Shown: positions 1-16,378 of the stretch, piece by piece
Layout of the letters: every line of letters begins with the position of its first letter
Position numbering within the stretch: the first letter of the stretch is position 1
Source of the DNA: Psammoneis japonica
Taxonomy: Eukaryota
Direction of reading: 5' to 3'
NCBI GenBank assembly: GCA_008632985.1
Contig: QPGO01000058.1
Span: 124,001 to 188,000 of the forward strand
DNA length: 64,000 nucleotides
Notes under the pieces: model-generated
Databases searched by the model: none
What the model saw: the letters and a program-made list of their open reading frames with translations, nothing else
What the model was told of the DNA's origin: nothing
Position numbers and translations under genes: made by a program

Positions 1-830
1 ACGCATGGATGGCATCATTTTGTTTCCACCAGTTTCCCATGACAGATGCAGAAAATGATGCTCTGATTTCCAATGTCGACAATGCATCGTGTGGGTTACA
101 GAAAAGAAACAATGGAGTGATTTTTTTCAAAGAGAGAAGAAGAGCTGGTTTGTGCAGCAAACGCTGTCGTCTGTCATTGGACGCTGCAAACAATTGTTGG
201 CACCTTGTTTGGAACATTTTTTGCTTCCCTGTCAAAGCAACAGCAGCAATCACAACACCTTGCTCATTTTTGCATCATGGTGTCAATGCAGCTTGGCTGT
301 GTGATGCAGCACGTGGTGTGCTTTGTTGCGGGAGAGTGCGTGAAACCAAAAGTGCAACGGACGGGAGCTCCAAACCATCGGCAATCGGATCTGGAACCAG
401 CTCGTCAAGCTCGTTCCAAATCCATGCTCAAATGGATCGGAGCGGCTGTCCTTCATTGCATCTGCACGTCATCCGCACAGCAGCTGATTTCACCACCAGT
501 GGACACTCTAACTGGCCAACCACCTGACACCAAAATCGGTCAACAGGCATGTCACAAGAGAGCCCAAGTTGGACTCACATGGGTCATTGTCCCACAATTG
601 TTGCACCACTGAATCTCTCATCCCCCAACAGTGAGACGACTTGAACAAGACAGAGAAGAGACTGCAGACTTCGCAGCTGTTCTGGGGTGCAATCTTTTTC
701 GAGGAGGAGCGCTCATCTCATGAAGAAGCAAGAGAGATTGGAAGATGAAGAGTTTTCAGCAGTTGCCCCGTGATCATCCATGACTCAAAAGCGGTCACTG
801 TGTTCCCGTTCCTCCATCCAAAAGCAATCT
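1..830. mobile_element. TpA-depleted decayed repeat block A (truncated by window start; family unidentified)
   Basis: Hand count: 2 TA against about 20 CG in nt 1-600, compared with 19 TA in 1081-1680 of the neighbouring gene. ORFs are Cys/His-rich and Tyr-free. TA reappears at about 835. Confidence 0.65.
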
Positions 831-1083
831 TGCTGTAGAGTTGTTGTAGTTGTGTACGTTTGTCGTTTGGATTTTCGTGTTGGGTCTCGATCATCCATCA
901 CTCGCGCAAAGGTGACATCAGCAAAACGTCAAAACCAAATTTGACAAAATCAAAAAATTGAAAAATCGAAAAATGCCGCCGACGCGCGCCGACGCCAAAA
1001 CAATAACGCCTTCATTTTTTTTTCACGACGCAATAGTAAACGTTGTGGCGAGCAATACCCTTTTCCCTTCTCTGTTGGCCACC

Positions 1084-2665
1084 ATGGAGAAGTTTCTTAT
1101 TGCACTGGCCTTGACGGGTGTCGTGGATGCTATTTCCTACATGGTGGTTGCGCCAAGCATTGTCTTTTATGTGCTACAAGTCGGCGGCACCAAGGAGCAG
1201 TACGGCCTTGTTTTGAGTGCCTTTTCCTTTGCCTCCTTTTGTGCCAAGCCTTTTTTGGGAGCCTTTTCCGACAATATCGGCTTTCGATTTCCGTATATAT
1301 CGAGTCTCGCCATTTCCTGTACAGGAGGATTCTTGTATTTGATTGCGTCGCGGTTTGAGAGCGTCCGATTGATTCTCGCCGGACGCATCTTGGGAGGTGT
1401 CGGTGCCGCCAATTCGGCGCTGGCGTACGCGTACATTTCCAAAATGGTTCCCAATGAAAAGCAGACACGCATCAACTCGTTGTTGAGTATGGTGCGAATC
1501 TTTGGAATGGCGGCGGGGCCCGGAATGAATATCTTTTTGGCAAAGATTGACACTGACATTTTTGGGAGCTTTCATTTGGATAGTCTCAACTCGGTGGGAT
1601 TGGTTCTCATGCTGTCGAATCTGCTCGCAATCACTTGTATTTTCTTTTTGTTGGAAGAACCACCGTCCAACAATGGTACAAGTGACAGTGACAATGACGA
1701 CAAGGACGTTGTGGGCACGCTTGAAAAGGACGACAAGTTTGCCGTCTTGAAGGCGGTGCTTACCGCTGGGATTTTGGTCCCCATGCTGGCCATTTTTACG
1801 TTCAATGCGAACTTCCAATTGTACGTACTTGATGATGTGATTGCTTTGTTTATATCGTGTTTCTCACACGCATATGCTCACGGCCTTGTGTGTTGTTTGT
1901 AGAATTGAAACCGGTTTTGCTCCCGCCGCAAACCACGCTCTTGGTTGGGGCCCAATTCAAACTTCTGCGGTCCTTGGATCCATATCCATTATTATTTGCT
2001 TCAACATGTTTCTTGTCTATCAACTGTCTGCACGCAACGTCCGTGATGAGCAATTGGCCGTGATTGGATTGGTCGTATCCATTGTGGGCTACACCCTCAT
2101 GTACACGTGTTGGAAGGTGGGCGTCCCCGCCTGGCTCTTTTGTTTACCCATCGTCATGGGAGCATCGTCCTTTCCCTTTTTGGGAGCACCGACACGATCC
2201 GTCTTTACCAAATACGTCGATGCGAGTCCGTGTTTGGAAAATTACCAAGGGACCATGCAAGCCGTCTTGAGCATGGGTGCAAGTGTCGCGGGCTTTGTGA
2301 CGCCGGGGTTTGTAGCCTATTACGTCTTGAGACATGGGGAACAAGTCGATGCGAGTGCGGACCACCGAGAATTGACACCGTGGGCTCTGCTTGCTCCCGC
2401 TCTTTCGTTGATAACCTTGTTGGGATACCTGTATATCATTTGGCAACAAAAAAGAAATAAAGACGAAACGGCATTGCCATCTTCTCCACACGAAGCAAGC
2501 AGTCTTTTGGTGGACGACACGTTTGAGATTGTAGATGTGCCACGGAAATTCTGTCCCAGAACGGAACGATACCGTCGTCAGTCGGCATGTCTCATGGGCT
2601 TGGCACAAGTCGATTTCCAACACGAACACATCAAACAAGAACGTCGTAAAACCGTAATGTTTTAA
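1084..2665 (+). CDS. Major facilitator superfamily transporter (MFSD8-like), 2 exons: 1084-1820, 1903-2665
   Basis: Many hydrophobic TM segments and MFS-like motifs (GAFSDNIGFR, LAGRILGGVG). Intron 1821-1902 (GTACGT...TTGTAG) joins ORFs 958..1902 and 1841..2665 in frame (NFQL-IETG). Confidence 0.9.
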
Positions 2666-2765
2666 TAATAAAACAACAACACGCAAGCTAAACATACGAT
2701 TAAAATAGAAACTCCCAATTCTACGTTTCCATCTCTCGTCACACACAGTGCTCTTTTCTCGTTTC

Positions 2766-4055
2766 CTATTTTGACGTGGCCGTCGCGGCTCGTTTGCGTG
2801 CCTCTTGAATCTTGGCAAAGGAATAAAGAAATCCACCACAAAGACTAATCACAATAAAGAACCACGTTTCTTGGGTAATGATATTGTCAAACAAGACATA
2901 TCCCAAAAAGGTAACGGGCACCTTGTTGAGCGATCCAACAATGGCATACGTGGTGGGTCCCGTCGCTTGGACGCAATTGAGACTGGCAAAGTTCAAAAAG
3001 AACCCGACAAAGCCGGCCCACATGTTTTTCAAAAAGTAATCCATCGTGTGGAGCTCGGGTGTTTTGAAAAAGACGTGGACTTGTCCCATCATGAATGCCA
3101 CGGGCAAGAGAAAGACCGTGCACAAGACATTGTTGTAAAAGACCATTCCGAATTTGGATAGCTTGACATTCTTGGTGGCAAACTTTAGGTACAAAATGTA
3201 CCCCGCCGTGGACAGGCAGTTCATGGCCATCCAGAAAATGCCAGAGTAGGAAATGTAAATATCGTTCCACGCCGCCGCGACGGCTCCACTGAGCATGATA
3301 CCAAACGCCACCATGATGAGGTTATCCACCTTGGTTCCAAAGCAATAAAAGTCTCCGGCCGTGACTACGATATTCGTAATGTTTTTGAAAATAGTCACCA
3401 TGGGCACCGAGTTGTACTGGAGACTGGCCATGCCGGTAAAGAGCATACCGCAAAACAGGATATTGACGGGAGCCCAAAGACGAGCGGTCTGCCAGTTAAA
3501 GTTGGGGTACGTGACCCACGACATTTTTTTGCAAATCTCCACGCAAATCACAGCCACAATGGCCTGAAACACCACGAGCAAAATGTTCAAATCGCCCTCG
3601 ATAAAGTGATTGTATCTGAGAAACAAAAAGAAGAGAGAGGCATAGAATCAGTGTATCAGAAACGACTTTTGCTCAATAACGTTCAAACTAGAGTGATAAC
3701 GCTGACTTTTTACGCTTCCAACGCACTACGGTACACCGTGTTACGCAATCTCAACACGCTCAAAAACACACTAAACACACACACAGAAATTCACTTCTTA
3801 CCCCGACGCCAAACTCTTGTTGGTAAGAATCATGGACACACTACAGAAACTGTACATGATACAAGACCTCAAAGCGTGTTTGTTTTGCTTTTCCAACGAG
3901 GCTCTCGTGTTTTTTTCATCTCCGTTTTCGGTTCCGTTGGCCGTGTTGGAAGAAGAATCGTTCGAATCATGACTGTTATTCTTCTCCACCAACGGAGCTT
4001 GCATTTCCAAATCGGAATCCTTGCGTTCCAAGGCTGGTTTCAAAACAGACGCCAT
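2766..4055 (-). CDS. Nucleotide-sugar (GDP-mannose) transporter, VRG4/GONST-like, 2 exons: 4055-3802, 3615-2766
   Basis: Motifs YSFCSVSMILTNK, PMVTIFKN, GMVFYNN and TTYAIVGSLNK. The GTAAG...CAG intron 3801-3616 restores the frame (LASG-YNH). Confidence 0.88.
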
Positions 4056-4472
4056 GGTGTGTGTTTTGTTGGTATAATATAATAGAAGAAAGACTACTAC
4101 TGCGTTGACAACAACAACGTGGCTGTGTTGCCAAAGTGCCGCCGGAAACATAACGAGGGAGAGTGGCTGCCTTTGTCAATGACCTTTTGTCAAAGACTTT
4201 TGCGCCACGGTGTGCGATCTGTGCGTCATTGGTGTGTGCGTTGAGCACACGCAGACAGAATGACACACAGACTGACGAGAGATTATGATGGACGGACCGA
4301 CGCATGACGGACGACAACAACTATTCAGCAAGCTAAGCTAAGCACTACACTGTGCTAGTAGTCTACTGTGTATTCTATCGCTCTAACTAGAGACTACTAC
4401 TAACTAGAGTAGGTATTCTTTCAACTCTCTCTACTCTAGAGAGTACATAGGGAGACAGTATGAGTGTGTACC

Positions 4473-7400
4473 TTACACTCTATTTGACGTTTTTTTACAT
4501 AAGGAGGAGGAGTCGCCAGTTCGGCATCTAAATTTGACAATCAACCACTCATGGTCAATCCGTGGATCCATGGCTGCCTCTTCGCCAACCATGGCAGAGG
4601 TCACCTTGGCGGATGTGTGTTTGCCTTCCCTCTCGGGTATCATTACACCCTTCAAATGCTGACCACGGAAACTGGCTTTGATCTTTGGCGAACTCGCCTT
4701 TACGTGCGGCTCTGCATGAGATGGGTAGAGCGGCAAGTCGTCGTAACGGTACTGTTTGAATCGAGGTACGCTTACAATGTAACCTCCGTACATGAAGCGC
4801 TTGATGCTTTTGAGCTTGAGCGCATCCTCTCGTTTCATTTGTCGGCTTCGTCTTGCCTCCACAAGTTGTTGGTATCGCACACGCAGACGCTGTTTTTGTT
4901 CCTTTGCCAGTTCTTCTCGACTGCGTCCTCGCACAAAGAAAATGTCAATGAGCTTCATCCAGGGACCAAGCAGCGTCCAAACGGCGATTCGCAGCACCCA
5001 TTGAACAAGAAATCCCCATGGGATTCCCACCAACAATAGTCCAGTAACCACACAAGCATTGACAAGCCAGAAATGACCACGACTCTCCTTGCCAGTGCAG
5101 AAACTAGACACAAAGCGCACACTCAACACAACAGTCTCGAGCTTTTGCTGAACCGGGTACAGAATAGGCTCGAGCAAATAAAGAGACAGTCCGAATCCTT
5201 TCTTTTTCGTCTCCATTTCAACTTCAACAACCTCCTCTCCCTCATTTTCCTGCGCATCCCTTTCCACCAGTGCGGCTTCCTTGGCCTCCTCCTCCTCTTG
5301 CTCCTTCTTTTGCTGTTCCATCTCTGCAAGGTATCGCTCCACCTCTGCTTTGCTCTCGTAGGGTTCAATAGTATCAGTAAGCTGTCGATTGAATAGAAGC
5401 ACCTGCAAGTGCTCCCAATAAGTTCGCTTCTTTCGCCAAGGAGACGGATGGCTATTCTCGAGTTCCATCGACGCGATCAGTATCCAGGCAACCGCAAAGC
5501 ACAAGAAGGAAGGAAAGAGGTCATAGTCTTCCACGAGATGAATGCCAACCAGAAACAAAATCAAGGAATGAAGAGGCAACTTTATAGTCACTTTTTGGAA
5601 CAAGCGACGAGAAGACTTTCGTCGGTGTTATTTCGAGGAGGGATGGATGGAACCACAAACGTGACTGGCAAATGTCCACGCCAAAGCAACACTGTAAACA
5701 TTGCCGATTTCAACACGGGCACGAGTGCTTTGTAGCCTTGGAGTTCTTCAACGTACGAAGCGATTGTATCCATGCTAAAGATTTTCGTGTCGCACTGTAA
5801 AGCAAGCAACAGAACAAAGCATTAGGGGAATAGAGAAAAGAAATATGGTCAGGATCTCAGTCGCTTCCTCACCTCTCCAACAATTGCGTAGTGGCAGGCA
5901 TCGAAATCATTCTGTTCCGACACGTTCACGTAAATTTCGGGAGGAGGTATGATGGAACGCAAGAGTGTGGTTCTTTCGTTTTCCCACTCAATTCTGACTC
6001 GAACAGTGACCGTGCCATTCATGCTACGAGTTGACACCAAGGCAGTTGTGGTTAGGTCAAATTGCAGCGTGTAATCAGTGCCGGGGCGCATATTTGAAAA
6101 GTCCATCGTCACTCGGCCAATGTGTTTGTTGGAAGCAATTGTGCGTCCAATGGGATTGACATAGTCTAGGGTGCCACCCGTGAAGCTTAATATGGCAAGC
6201 ATGAGCTGATTGGACGGGTGCATAATGTTGAAGACAAACGCACGTTGCGTCCATGGAAGCCAACGAGGACAAAGCGCATCCATGACAACATCTGTGTTGA
6301 CGATAGAGTCCTCGTATATAATTGCGGCGTACGCATCTGTTTTGCCGCCCGTGACATGAAGTGGGGTCTTGTCCATGTTTGGAAGTCCATCGCACCCAAT
6401 CAATTCAAAATACAGCTTTCCTAGAGTACCAGACCCTGCTTTAATCCAACTTTGTGAAGGCTTCTGCGCTTCCGCATCGATCTGCTCTTTTGTCATCCAG
6501 GTTGTCTCTTTCACACGATCGGGATCTGGGCCAGGCTTCACTCTGTACTGTAATTAATACGAGAGAGAGAGGGAGGAGAACATGAAATTTAAAAGCGGTA
6601 CGATCGTACTTGCAATGCCCATCAACGGCGAAGCATACCTCAATCTTTCCATGCGTTGTGATTTTCTTCTCTCTCTTTATTAGTTTGCCGCTAGCAACAC
6701 CGATTGGCACATAGGCTTCGTCAGCATAAGCTCCAACAGCCTGTTTCTTCTTTTGAGCATTGAAAGCCCTCATGAAGGCAAGGTCATTATAGGTGGCCAG
6801 ACGAAAACGAAGCACAAGTTTGGTGCCCCTGGTATCCTTGTATTTACTGTTGAGAATAAGAGGGTATTCGATTCGCTCTCCGTTACCCTCACAAAGCTCC
6901 TCCGGCATAACAAACACCCTCCCCAGGAGTTCGTGCTCACCAAGAATATCGTATTGAAAGACATTGAATGCGAGACCATCGCCACTAGCAAAGAATTTTT
7001 CCGGCGTTGTCTCCAACATGAACAATGAACCGCTATCCAGAGTCCAAATTGGGTTCAGACTGCGGGTGAAATATTGAGTGAAACGATTTGTAAGAGATCA
7101 GACCATTGGACGTCTACACCAAGCCAAGCACCTTTCAACCTACAGTACTTACGTGTTGGGGATATCGCGCGTTCTATGGACCTCTTCTTTTCCAAGATTG
7201 ACAACAACAAAGGCATCGGTATTGACAAAGTCCACCACCGGCAAGCGCGCAGCCGATACAATCTCCACAAGCAGTTGGAAAGTCGAGCCAATATCCCGCA
7301 TCCTACTGATTGCATTCGGATTCGCTTGGTAAGCTTCAAGTCGTCTCTGACCTCGTCCTTTACTAAGGTCATTCAAAGATTCTAAAACATTGCAGAATGT

Positions 7401-8383
7401 AAGAGCTGTAACAAAGGCAGAAAACAAAATACAACCATTGTGAGATGACCAAACATGCTACAATCCTGCTACCTGAGTATCTATGTGCCATTCCTACCTT
7501 CCTGAACGTTGGCAAAAACAAGATCTCGTACGTGCGTGTCTTCGCCGAGGCCAAGCTTCATTTCTACCGTTCGTCGTCGCCTTTGAGCACTTCAATGTCG
7601 GCCAAGGCAAAAAGATAAGCCTCGATCCACTTTCCATCTTTAAATTCCTTGTAAAGCAGTAATGGAGATGGACAACGACAATATAGGTAAGGACAAAGCG
7701 CAAACTGCAGTCTGTTTAAGACATCTCCGGTTTTCTCATACCTTGTCCACGCAGAAAGCGACAAAGATGAAAAGTACTTATCATCGACGACACTGTCATC
7801 TACAGTTGTGTCAGAGAAGCAAAGGCAAAAGTTAGATATCTGGTACAGCACCCAACGTTCCTCGGAGTGAGCTCGCACTCAATGTACTACAAACCTTTGT
7901 CTTGTTTTTGTCATGTTTTCCTCCAAACAGTCCAAAGCCACTTCCTGCAGCTGGCCGAAAGATTCTCATCATGATGTATTCCTCGTCACGCAGAACTTCG
8001 TTGTCGCCATGTGTTGTTGACTTGCCTCGCAAGAGTCCTTTCGTAACACCATCCGTGCTGCCTTGTGCTTGTTCTTCGTTTTCGTCTGTTTGTCAGAATG
8101 GACCTCAATGGTAACTCGGCCCTTTACGTGGTGTAGGTTTCCCACAACCAGACCTGTGATTGTCGGCATTAACTTGCCATGCACCATGGTCGCCTTTGCC
8201 ACTGGAGGCGAAGTTACGTCCCACACGCGTACCAAGTCATTCGGACCCAAGCGATGCTCTTGACTGGGGTTTTTGCTTGCTTTTTATGCGCCGTAAAAAG
8301 CCCCCCAACAACGGTTGCTTCTCCCCCGTTGCTTGTTCGTCATTTTCGTCCTTCTTTTCGAAAGGAGTAGGAGGGATCTTCAT
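4473..8383 (-). CDS. Multi-exon C2-domain membrane protein, interrupted by several 1-nt frameshifts (consensus error or pseudogene)
   Basis: Two C2 domains (LLVEIVSAARLPVVDFVNTDAFVVV...NPIWT; LYFELIGCDGLPNMD...TDAY...CPRWLPW) and C-terminal TM segments (WTLLGPWMKLID). GT-AG introns separate the ORFs. The frame jumps at about 5594, 7570, 8090 and 8275. Confidence 0.75.
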
Positions 8384-9060
8384 GGTTGGAAGTTCCGATG
8401 TTGCATGTGCAATAACACCTACCGGACAAAGGTTGTGCAACGCCGAATTCTGTTTTTGGAGATGGAAGAGGGAAGATGGAAGAGGTGTTCTTTCTTGCGT
8501 GGCGCGATCGAGCCGTTCGAAATTTTGGATCTTTTGGATGATCTTCGTCGCGCATGGGCGTGTGGGCTTTTTCGACCCCCGTAACTAAAATAAAGCAAGT
8601 AAATAACTACTCTCTACTCTAGCTAGTCGCTAGAGTAGAGAGTAGCTACTCTAGCTAGTAGGCCCTACCATAACTGGTAGATACAGTAGGCCCAACCCTC
8701 TAACTTTTGCTTATTTGTTGTTGCTGTCAGTTTGAGAGTTTTTCTAAGATGAAGCCAAGCAAAAGCTCCGACGAAGAGAATCAGCTAACTTCTTTTCAAA
8801 AAGGCCATGAGGACAGTCTCTTTGAGGGCAAAAATTACAAATGCATGCACAGGAGTGACGCAATGGCGTTTGGATCAGTGAATCGAGAGTTCAACTGTCC
8901 GACCCCCGTACTATCATTAGATGTATACCAGTATTCGAATCAGATAAAGCCGAACTGAACAAAAACAACCTACGATCGAAATATAGCCATTCTTTTAATA
9001 ATTATGACAGAGAAGTGAACCCGAATCAAAGATGAAATAAAATTCGGTCTGTACGGCACG

Positions 9061-11304
<2,244 letters not shown>

Positions 11305-11599
11305 TCACACCAAAACTAAGCACGATGTGTGTGAGCGTGTGCGTTGTTGATGGCGTTGTTCGGTTCATGGCATGATGTTTCACACACGTGGAATCAGTAC
11401 CAAATGTAACGTACACTACGCACGTACAAGTACGACGCATACCGCGTCTGCACGACGTCCGGTATTGGAGCGAGTGGTCGACGTCATCGTGTCAGATTGT
11501 TTAACGCCGAGAACATCAACATGACGTCAATTGTGTCTCTCTTTTTATTTTTCGCGAAATCGCATCGCGCGGACTTCCCTCCGACACCCAATGGCAACT

Positions 11600-14500
11600 A
11601 ACGAAACACACGCTTGCCAAAAGCACATCAACAATGGCGTTCATTGGCACATGCATTCAAGGAGGACACCTCTGCCCCTGCCGTGCACATTGAGTCTGCA
11701 CCATTGTCATCCTCCTCATGGGCCCACTGGATGCACATGAAGGCCGAAGGGGGATTCAGCCATGGCACAAGCCTGTGCCAGGTTTTGGTGCAGACAAAAA
11801 TCTCTGCAGAATTCCAAAAGGTGTTGAGACTGCCCACTCCTGGATTGTTGGTGTTGGCTGACAAGGCATCCATGACCAATTGTCCCACAAATTTCAATGG
11901 GTCCGGGGTGGCAGAGCTCCGGCCCCAGCTCTCCAAAAAACTCCAAAACACATGCCACCGCCACTTGTGCTGACACCAGGCAAGCTGCTGGTGCTGCTGT
12001 CACAGACTTCCAGTCAAATCAAAACAACAACTCAACAGCACTGGGAAAGTGTTGTCAAGAACCATGTTGACATTGTTGGTGACAGTTGGCAGTTGGTGGT
12101 GCAAAAGAACTTCGCTGTTGTCTGTCGCTGCACAGCACTGACCTTGTTGCAAGAGTTGGATGAAGATGTTGCCATGATGGTGTCTGTGTCAATGTTGGGC
12201 ATGTTGGTTGTCACAGAGTGTTGACTTGTTGCTCTTGAAAAAACTGACTTTTGGCCGCAATTCCCACATGACAACTTTTCATTCAGCAGCAGCCATGATC
12301 CAAAAAAAAGCTTCAAACAGACCATCACATGCCTCCTTGGCAATTTCCAACTCTGCTTTGGGGGGCCTGCAGCTGCAACTCTCAACATTTTTCAGTGTCC
12401 CCTGCTTCAAGGACTGACCAGAGTTTGGGCAAGACATTGGCAATGTGAGTGTTTTTGTGGTGGCCCTGTTCTTGTGGGCCTCGTGACACTCAAGTGCGTT
12501 GCCTTTTTGGACCCACAAGCAGGAAAGGCAGTGGGGCTCATCTTCTGCCAACACTTTGTCAAAGAGAAAATCTTTGTGACCTGTTGCCTTTTTTTGGCTT
12601 TCTTGACATTGACCATGGCAAACGCAGGGCAAAGAGTTACAAACTTGGACATGACTGATGAGAATTGAAGGATGGCTTCAATGTTGTCACTGCTGCAAAG
12701 GTGGGTTGTCAAAATGATTGTGCCCAAAACAGACTGTGAAGTGACATCAGTGCTCCCATGCAATCTTTGCGATGATCCAAGATCTCCTCATTTTGCGCGT
12801 GCATGTGCAATCCAGATCTCCAAGCTCATCAGCGCACGACTGAGGTTTCGTGGATCAGATTGTTCTTTTGTTTTGCTGTTGCGGTTCCTGAGCCAAACAC
12901 AAAAAAGCTTTGTGAACATCATTCTTTTTCAAGTTGGCATTCATGCCATTGTTTGGGTTGCCAGGGTCCAAGCCACTGACGATGCTGTTGAAGCATGCTG
13001 TGGCTCCGTTGTCAGTTTGGGCATCTGTGCTGCCATCACCAATGTGACAGATCTTGAGCCAGACTTGGATTGTGTCGAGTGCATCATGGGTGGGCTTGAA
13101 TCCAGTGTCGACTGCAACCAGGGCTGCTCAGAAGCTGAGAATGACGTTTGTGTCATTGTTCGTGGTTGCAAGAAAATGAGCCATGGCTGTGCGGATGAAA
13201 TGGAGGAAATGGTGTGGTGCATTTTGACTGCAGGAACCCTCAGTGTGATGCCATTTTTGAAAAGCACAAGTGCTGCCACATTGCATGGATTTTGGCACCA
13301 GTTTTCATTGTGGCTGGTGTGTGGCATCACCAAGTCATGAGGCGGAACAACCGTGGCACCCTTGACATGGTTCACGCAAGTCATGACATTGAACTTTCTG
13401 AGCAAAGCAAGGGCATTGTCCAGTGTTTTGTGCCACACAAAAACACAAAAATGTTTTGCAAAGGTGTTGTTGTAGAAAGTTGATGCTGTGTGTTTGACAA
13501 ACCAGGAATGACAGTGTCATCTTGTGCACTCTGCTTGCGATTCTTGTCGTTGACTTTCCATCTCACTTGTGGTGGAGAAGGAAAGGCATTGGTGTCAAGC
13601 ATGTGCAGTTGTTTCGATGGTTTTGTTGTGGGTAAAAAACAACACTTTCTTCTGTTCTTTGCTTCTTCTCTCCTCTTGCTGCTGCACCATGCATTTCAGA
13701 ATCCTGCCACCACAATCAATCCCACCGTGAAAACTGGCATGATGCAGCCACAAATTCGATTTCTGTCAAAAATTAGTTGCAAAGTGCAAGCTCCACATCA
13801 TGAGGCTTTTTCACGCACTGAAAACCCGTGCATGATCTCTTTTGGTTTGGATGCAGGGGCTCATGTGCTCCATTCTACTTTGTGTGAGAGACTCATGTGC
13901 GCTGGTGTTGTGGGTGTGCATTTTGCACAATGAGTGTCCTGGGAGGCAACTCCTTGTAGAAAGTTGTCAAGTCCGTCAAACACAACCCACCAACGCATTG
14001 CAATGCGAGTCAGCCATGCTTTCATGCTGGGAGCAATGCATGGCTGAGTTGTCATGTCAGCAGTTGTGAACCCCTCGCTTCTCTCCCAGAACCCATGGGC
14101 CCCAGAGAAACAAGACCTTGCAGAAGCATTGCGTTTGTGTCTTCTCGCTCACATGATCATCCCGTGCATTTATCTCCATCCTTGGCATCATGGCCAACAG
14201 CATGAACAAGAAAGTGCACTCCATGTTTCAAGTGCTTTTCAGCCAGGGGAACTGTCATCAGCAAACAAGAAAGAGGCTTGGGCAATTTAGCCTCTTGCAT
14301 TGCTTCAAATGAACGACCCACTCCTGCACTGGAATGTGCCTTGGCTGTCAACATCTCTCAAATTTGCTTGGTGCAGAGAACATGTTTGTTCTCTCAGAAT
14401 GTGGACACAAAAAATGAAGCATGCTGGCATGTGCCATGCTGCTCTTGAGTGGAAGCACAACAGTGGCAGAAGCTCTTTCTGGAACAAACTGGCAAGAAGG

Positions 14501-15830
14501 CAATGTGTGCCACAGCAAGAACAGGGGCATTGCTGGCATGGAAGAAGCTTGTGAATGTCCTCAAAAGCTGGGAGGTTGAGCAAAATGCACACAGCCTGTG
14601 TGAGGTGATGAACAAGCCCATGACATCAATGGAAAACAATGCACCATCCCTTGGCACATGCTTGACAACCTCTGTGAAGCTGTCAAACACAGATGTCAAT
14701 GCAGTCATTGACCTCCTGGCTGGAACGCTCAAGCAAGAGTGCACCAAACATTTTGAGTTGACAGTCATGTGGGGAAATCCAGATGCCAGCACAGTCAGCA
14801 AGCAAGCTGGGAAGCTCAAACAAGAATGGGCAAAGCATTTTGGGCCCAGCAAAATGCACCCCAAGGAACATCTTGGTGTGACCCCCCGTTGTTTGCTGCA
14901 CAGCAAAAAAAGCAAGTTCAAAATGATCGTGCTCCATTGTGTTGATGAACCAGCTGGGTTGTTGCTGACAGGAATGAGTGGAGAGAGCCCAACTCCAGTG
15001 GCAAGCTGTCCACTTCACATGAACAAGAAGAATCTGGAAACCTTGGACATGGTCATCCAAGAAACTTTCCACACGGTCACACAGCAACAGCAAAGATGTT
15101 GCTCCATTTGCAAAAAAGACTTGCCCCAACTGCAGACAGCAACATTGTTCTCATGTGCCCAGATCCATGCCTCTGTGGCTGACAACTGAAAGAAGCTGAC
15201 ATGAGTGTCTCAACATGACCCTTGGGTGCAGTCAATGGTGGGCTGGACACATCACACACAGCTCACCCCAAGAGTGTGTGAGAGGACCCCTTGCAGGTGC
15301 AGTGGCAACGCTGAGCAGAGTGTTCAAATTGGCAGTTCCTCCAAGCAGAAGCTGAACACTCACAATTCAATGGAAAGCATGCTGGTTGGCAGGGTGCGCT
15401 GTGTGGGCTGCGTGCCAAGAACCCCCGCTGATGTCGGAGCGACTCAGCTGGGCATGACCCACGACCAAAGAATCATCTGAAGAACATGACATGAATGATC
15501 TGAAAGGAAATGGTGCTGAAGATGGCACAAATGATGGAACTGCAATTGACGAGGACAACAACTGTGCAAGTGAGAATGCTCTGGGTGTTGGAGAGGACAG
15601 AGGAGAGAGAGAAGGATGAGGTTCTTGGTGTGAGGGGAGTGAGTGGTGTGTGATCCCTGGGACATCAGCTCATTCTAAAGCAATTGTTGATTCTAACACC
15701 CATCAGAACACACTGCATCTTTTCGTGGGAGATTTGTGACCCCACACATCCAAACCCAAGAGACAAAGGCGGTTGTTGAATGAGACACGAGAAGGGCATG
15801 GCGTTCCGCATTCCAAAAGCTGGTCCATCG
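11600..15830. mobile_element. TpA-depleted decayed repeat block B (family unidentified)
   Basis: Hand count: 2 TA in 14041-14640. Overlapping ORFs in all six frames are essentially Tyr-free and rich in Cys/His. CG is also reduced. Confidence 0.65.
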
Positions 15831-15917
15831 GATGGACGTACAGACTTGCGGGTTCAACAATGTAAAAACGAACAAACCATTGGTTCAGCGGTTCAGCACG
15901 GCTAACTCGGAAAGTAG

Positions 15918-16004
15918 GACATTTTTACTTAAAAAATGTCATGACGTCACAGTGAAGATGACGTCACATGCGAAAAAATAATGTTCTAGTGACGTCATCT
16001 TCAC
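15918..16004. repeat. Two adjacent inverted repeats with three TGACGTCA motifs
   Basis: GACATTTTT/AAAAATGTC at 15918-15940. Perfect 16-bp IR GTGAAGATGACGTCAC (15952-15967) with GTGACGTCATCTTCAC (15989-16004). Confidence 0.85.
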
Positions 16005-16313
16005 GTTACATTGTGTCACAATGTCATGTCGTATGATGTCATGTCATATAATATGATGTAATATAAATGACACAGCAGATGACGAGTGGGAGTGATCCCT
16101 TTCTCAGACAGCCTTCTGATGCATCTCTCATTGAAAAGAGGCAAACTGCTCTCTAAAACAAGTGGGTTGGAGGAGGAGTACTTCGGTTTTGGTGGCATGT
16201 TACACAGCGGAGGGACACCGTCATGCAACGAGTGTTGCTGTTCTCGGTGTGTGTTGTTGCTTCGCGACGCAAGTCGTCTTTGGTGGATCTGGGACGGCTT
16301 TGGAGCTTTGCCG

Positions 16314-16378
16314 CGTGCGTGACGTTGCATTTATTGAGATGGACAGGACAGCCGTGCGTGACGTTGCATTTATTGAGA
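16314..16378. repeat. Tandem duplication, 39-bp period
   Basis: CGTGCGTGACGTTGCATTTATTGAGA occurs at 16314 and 16353. Confidence 0.85.
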
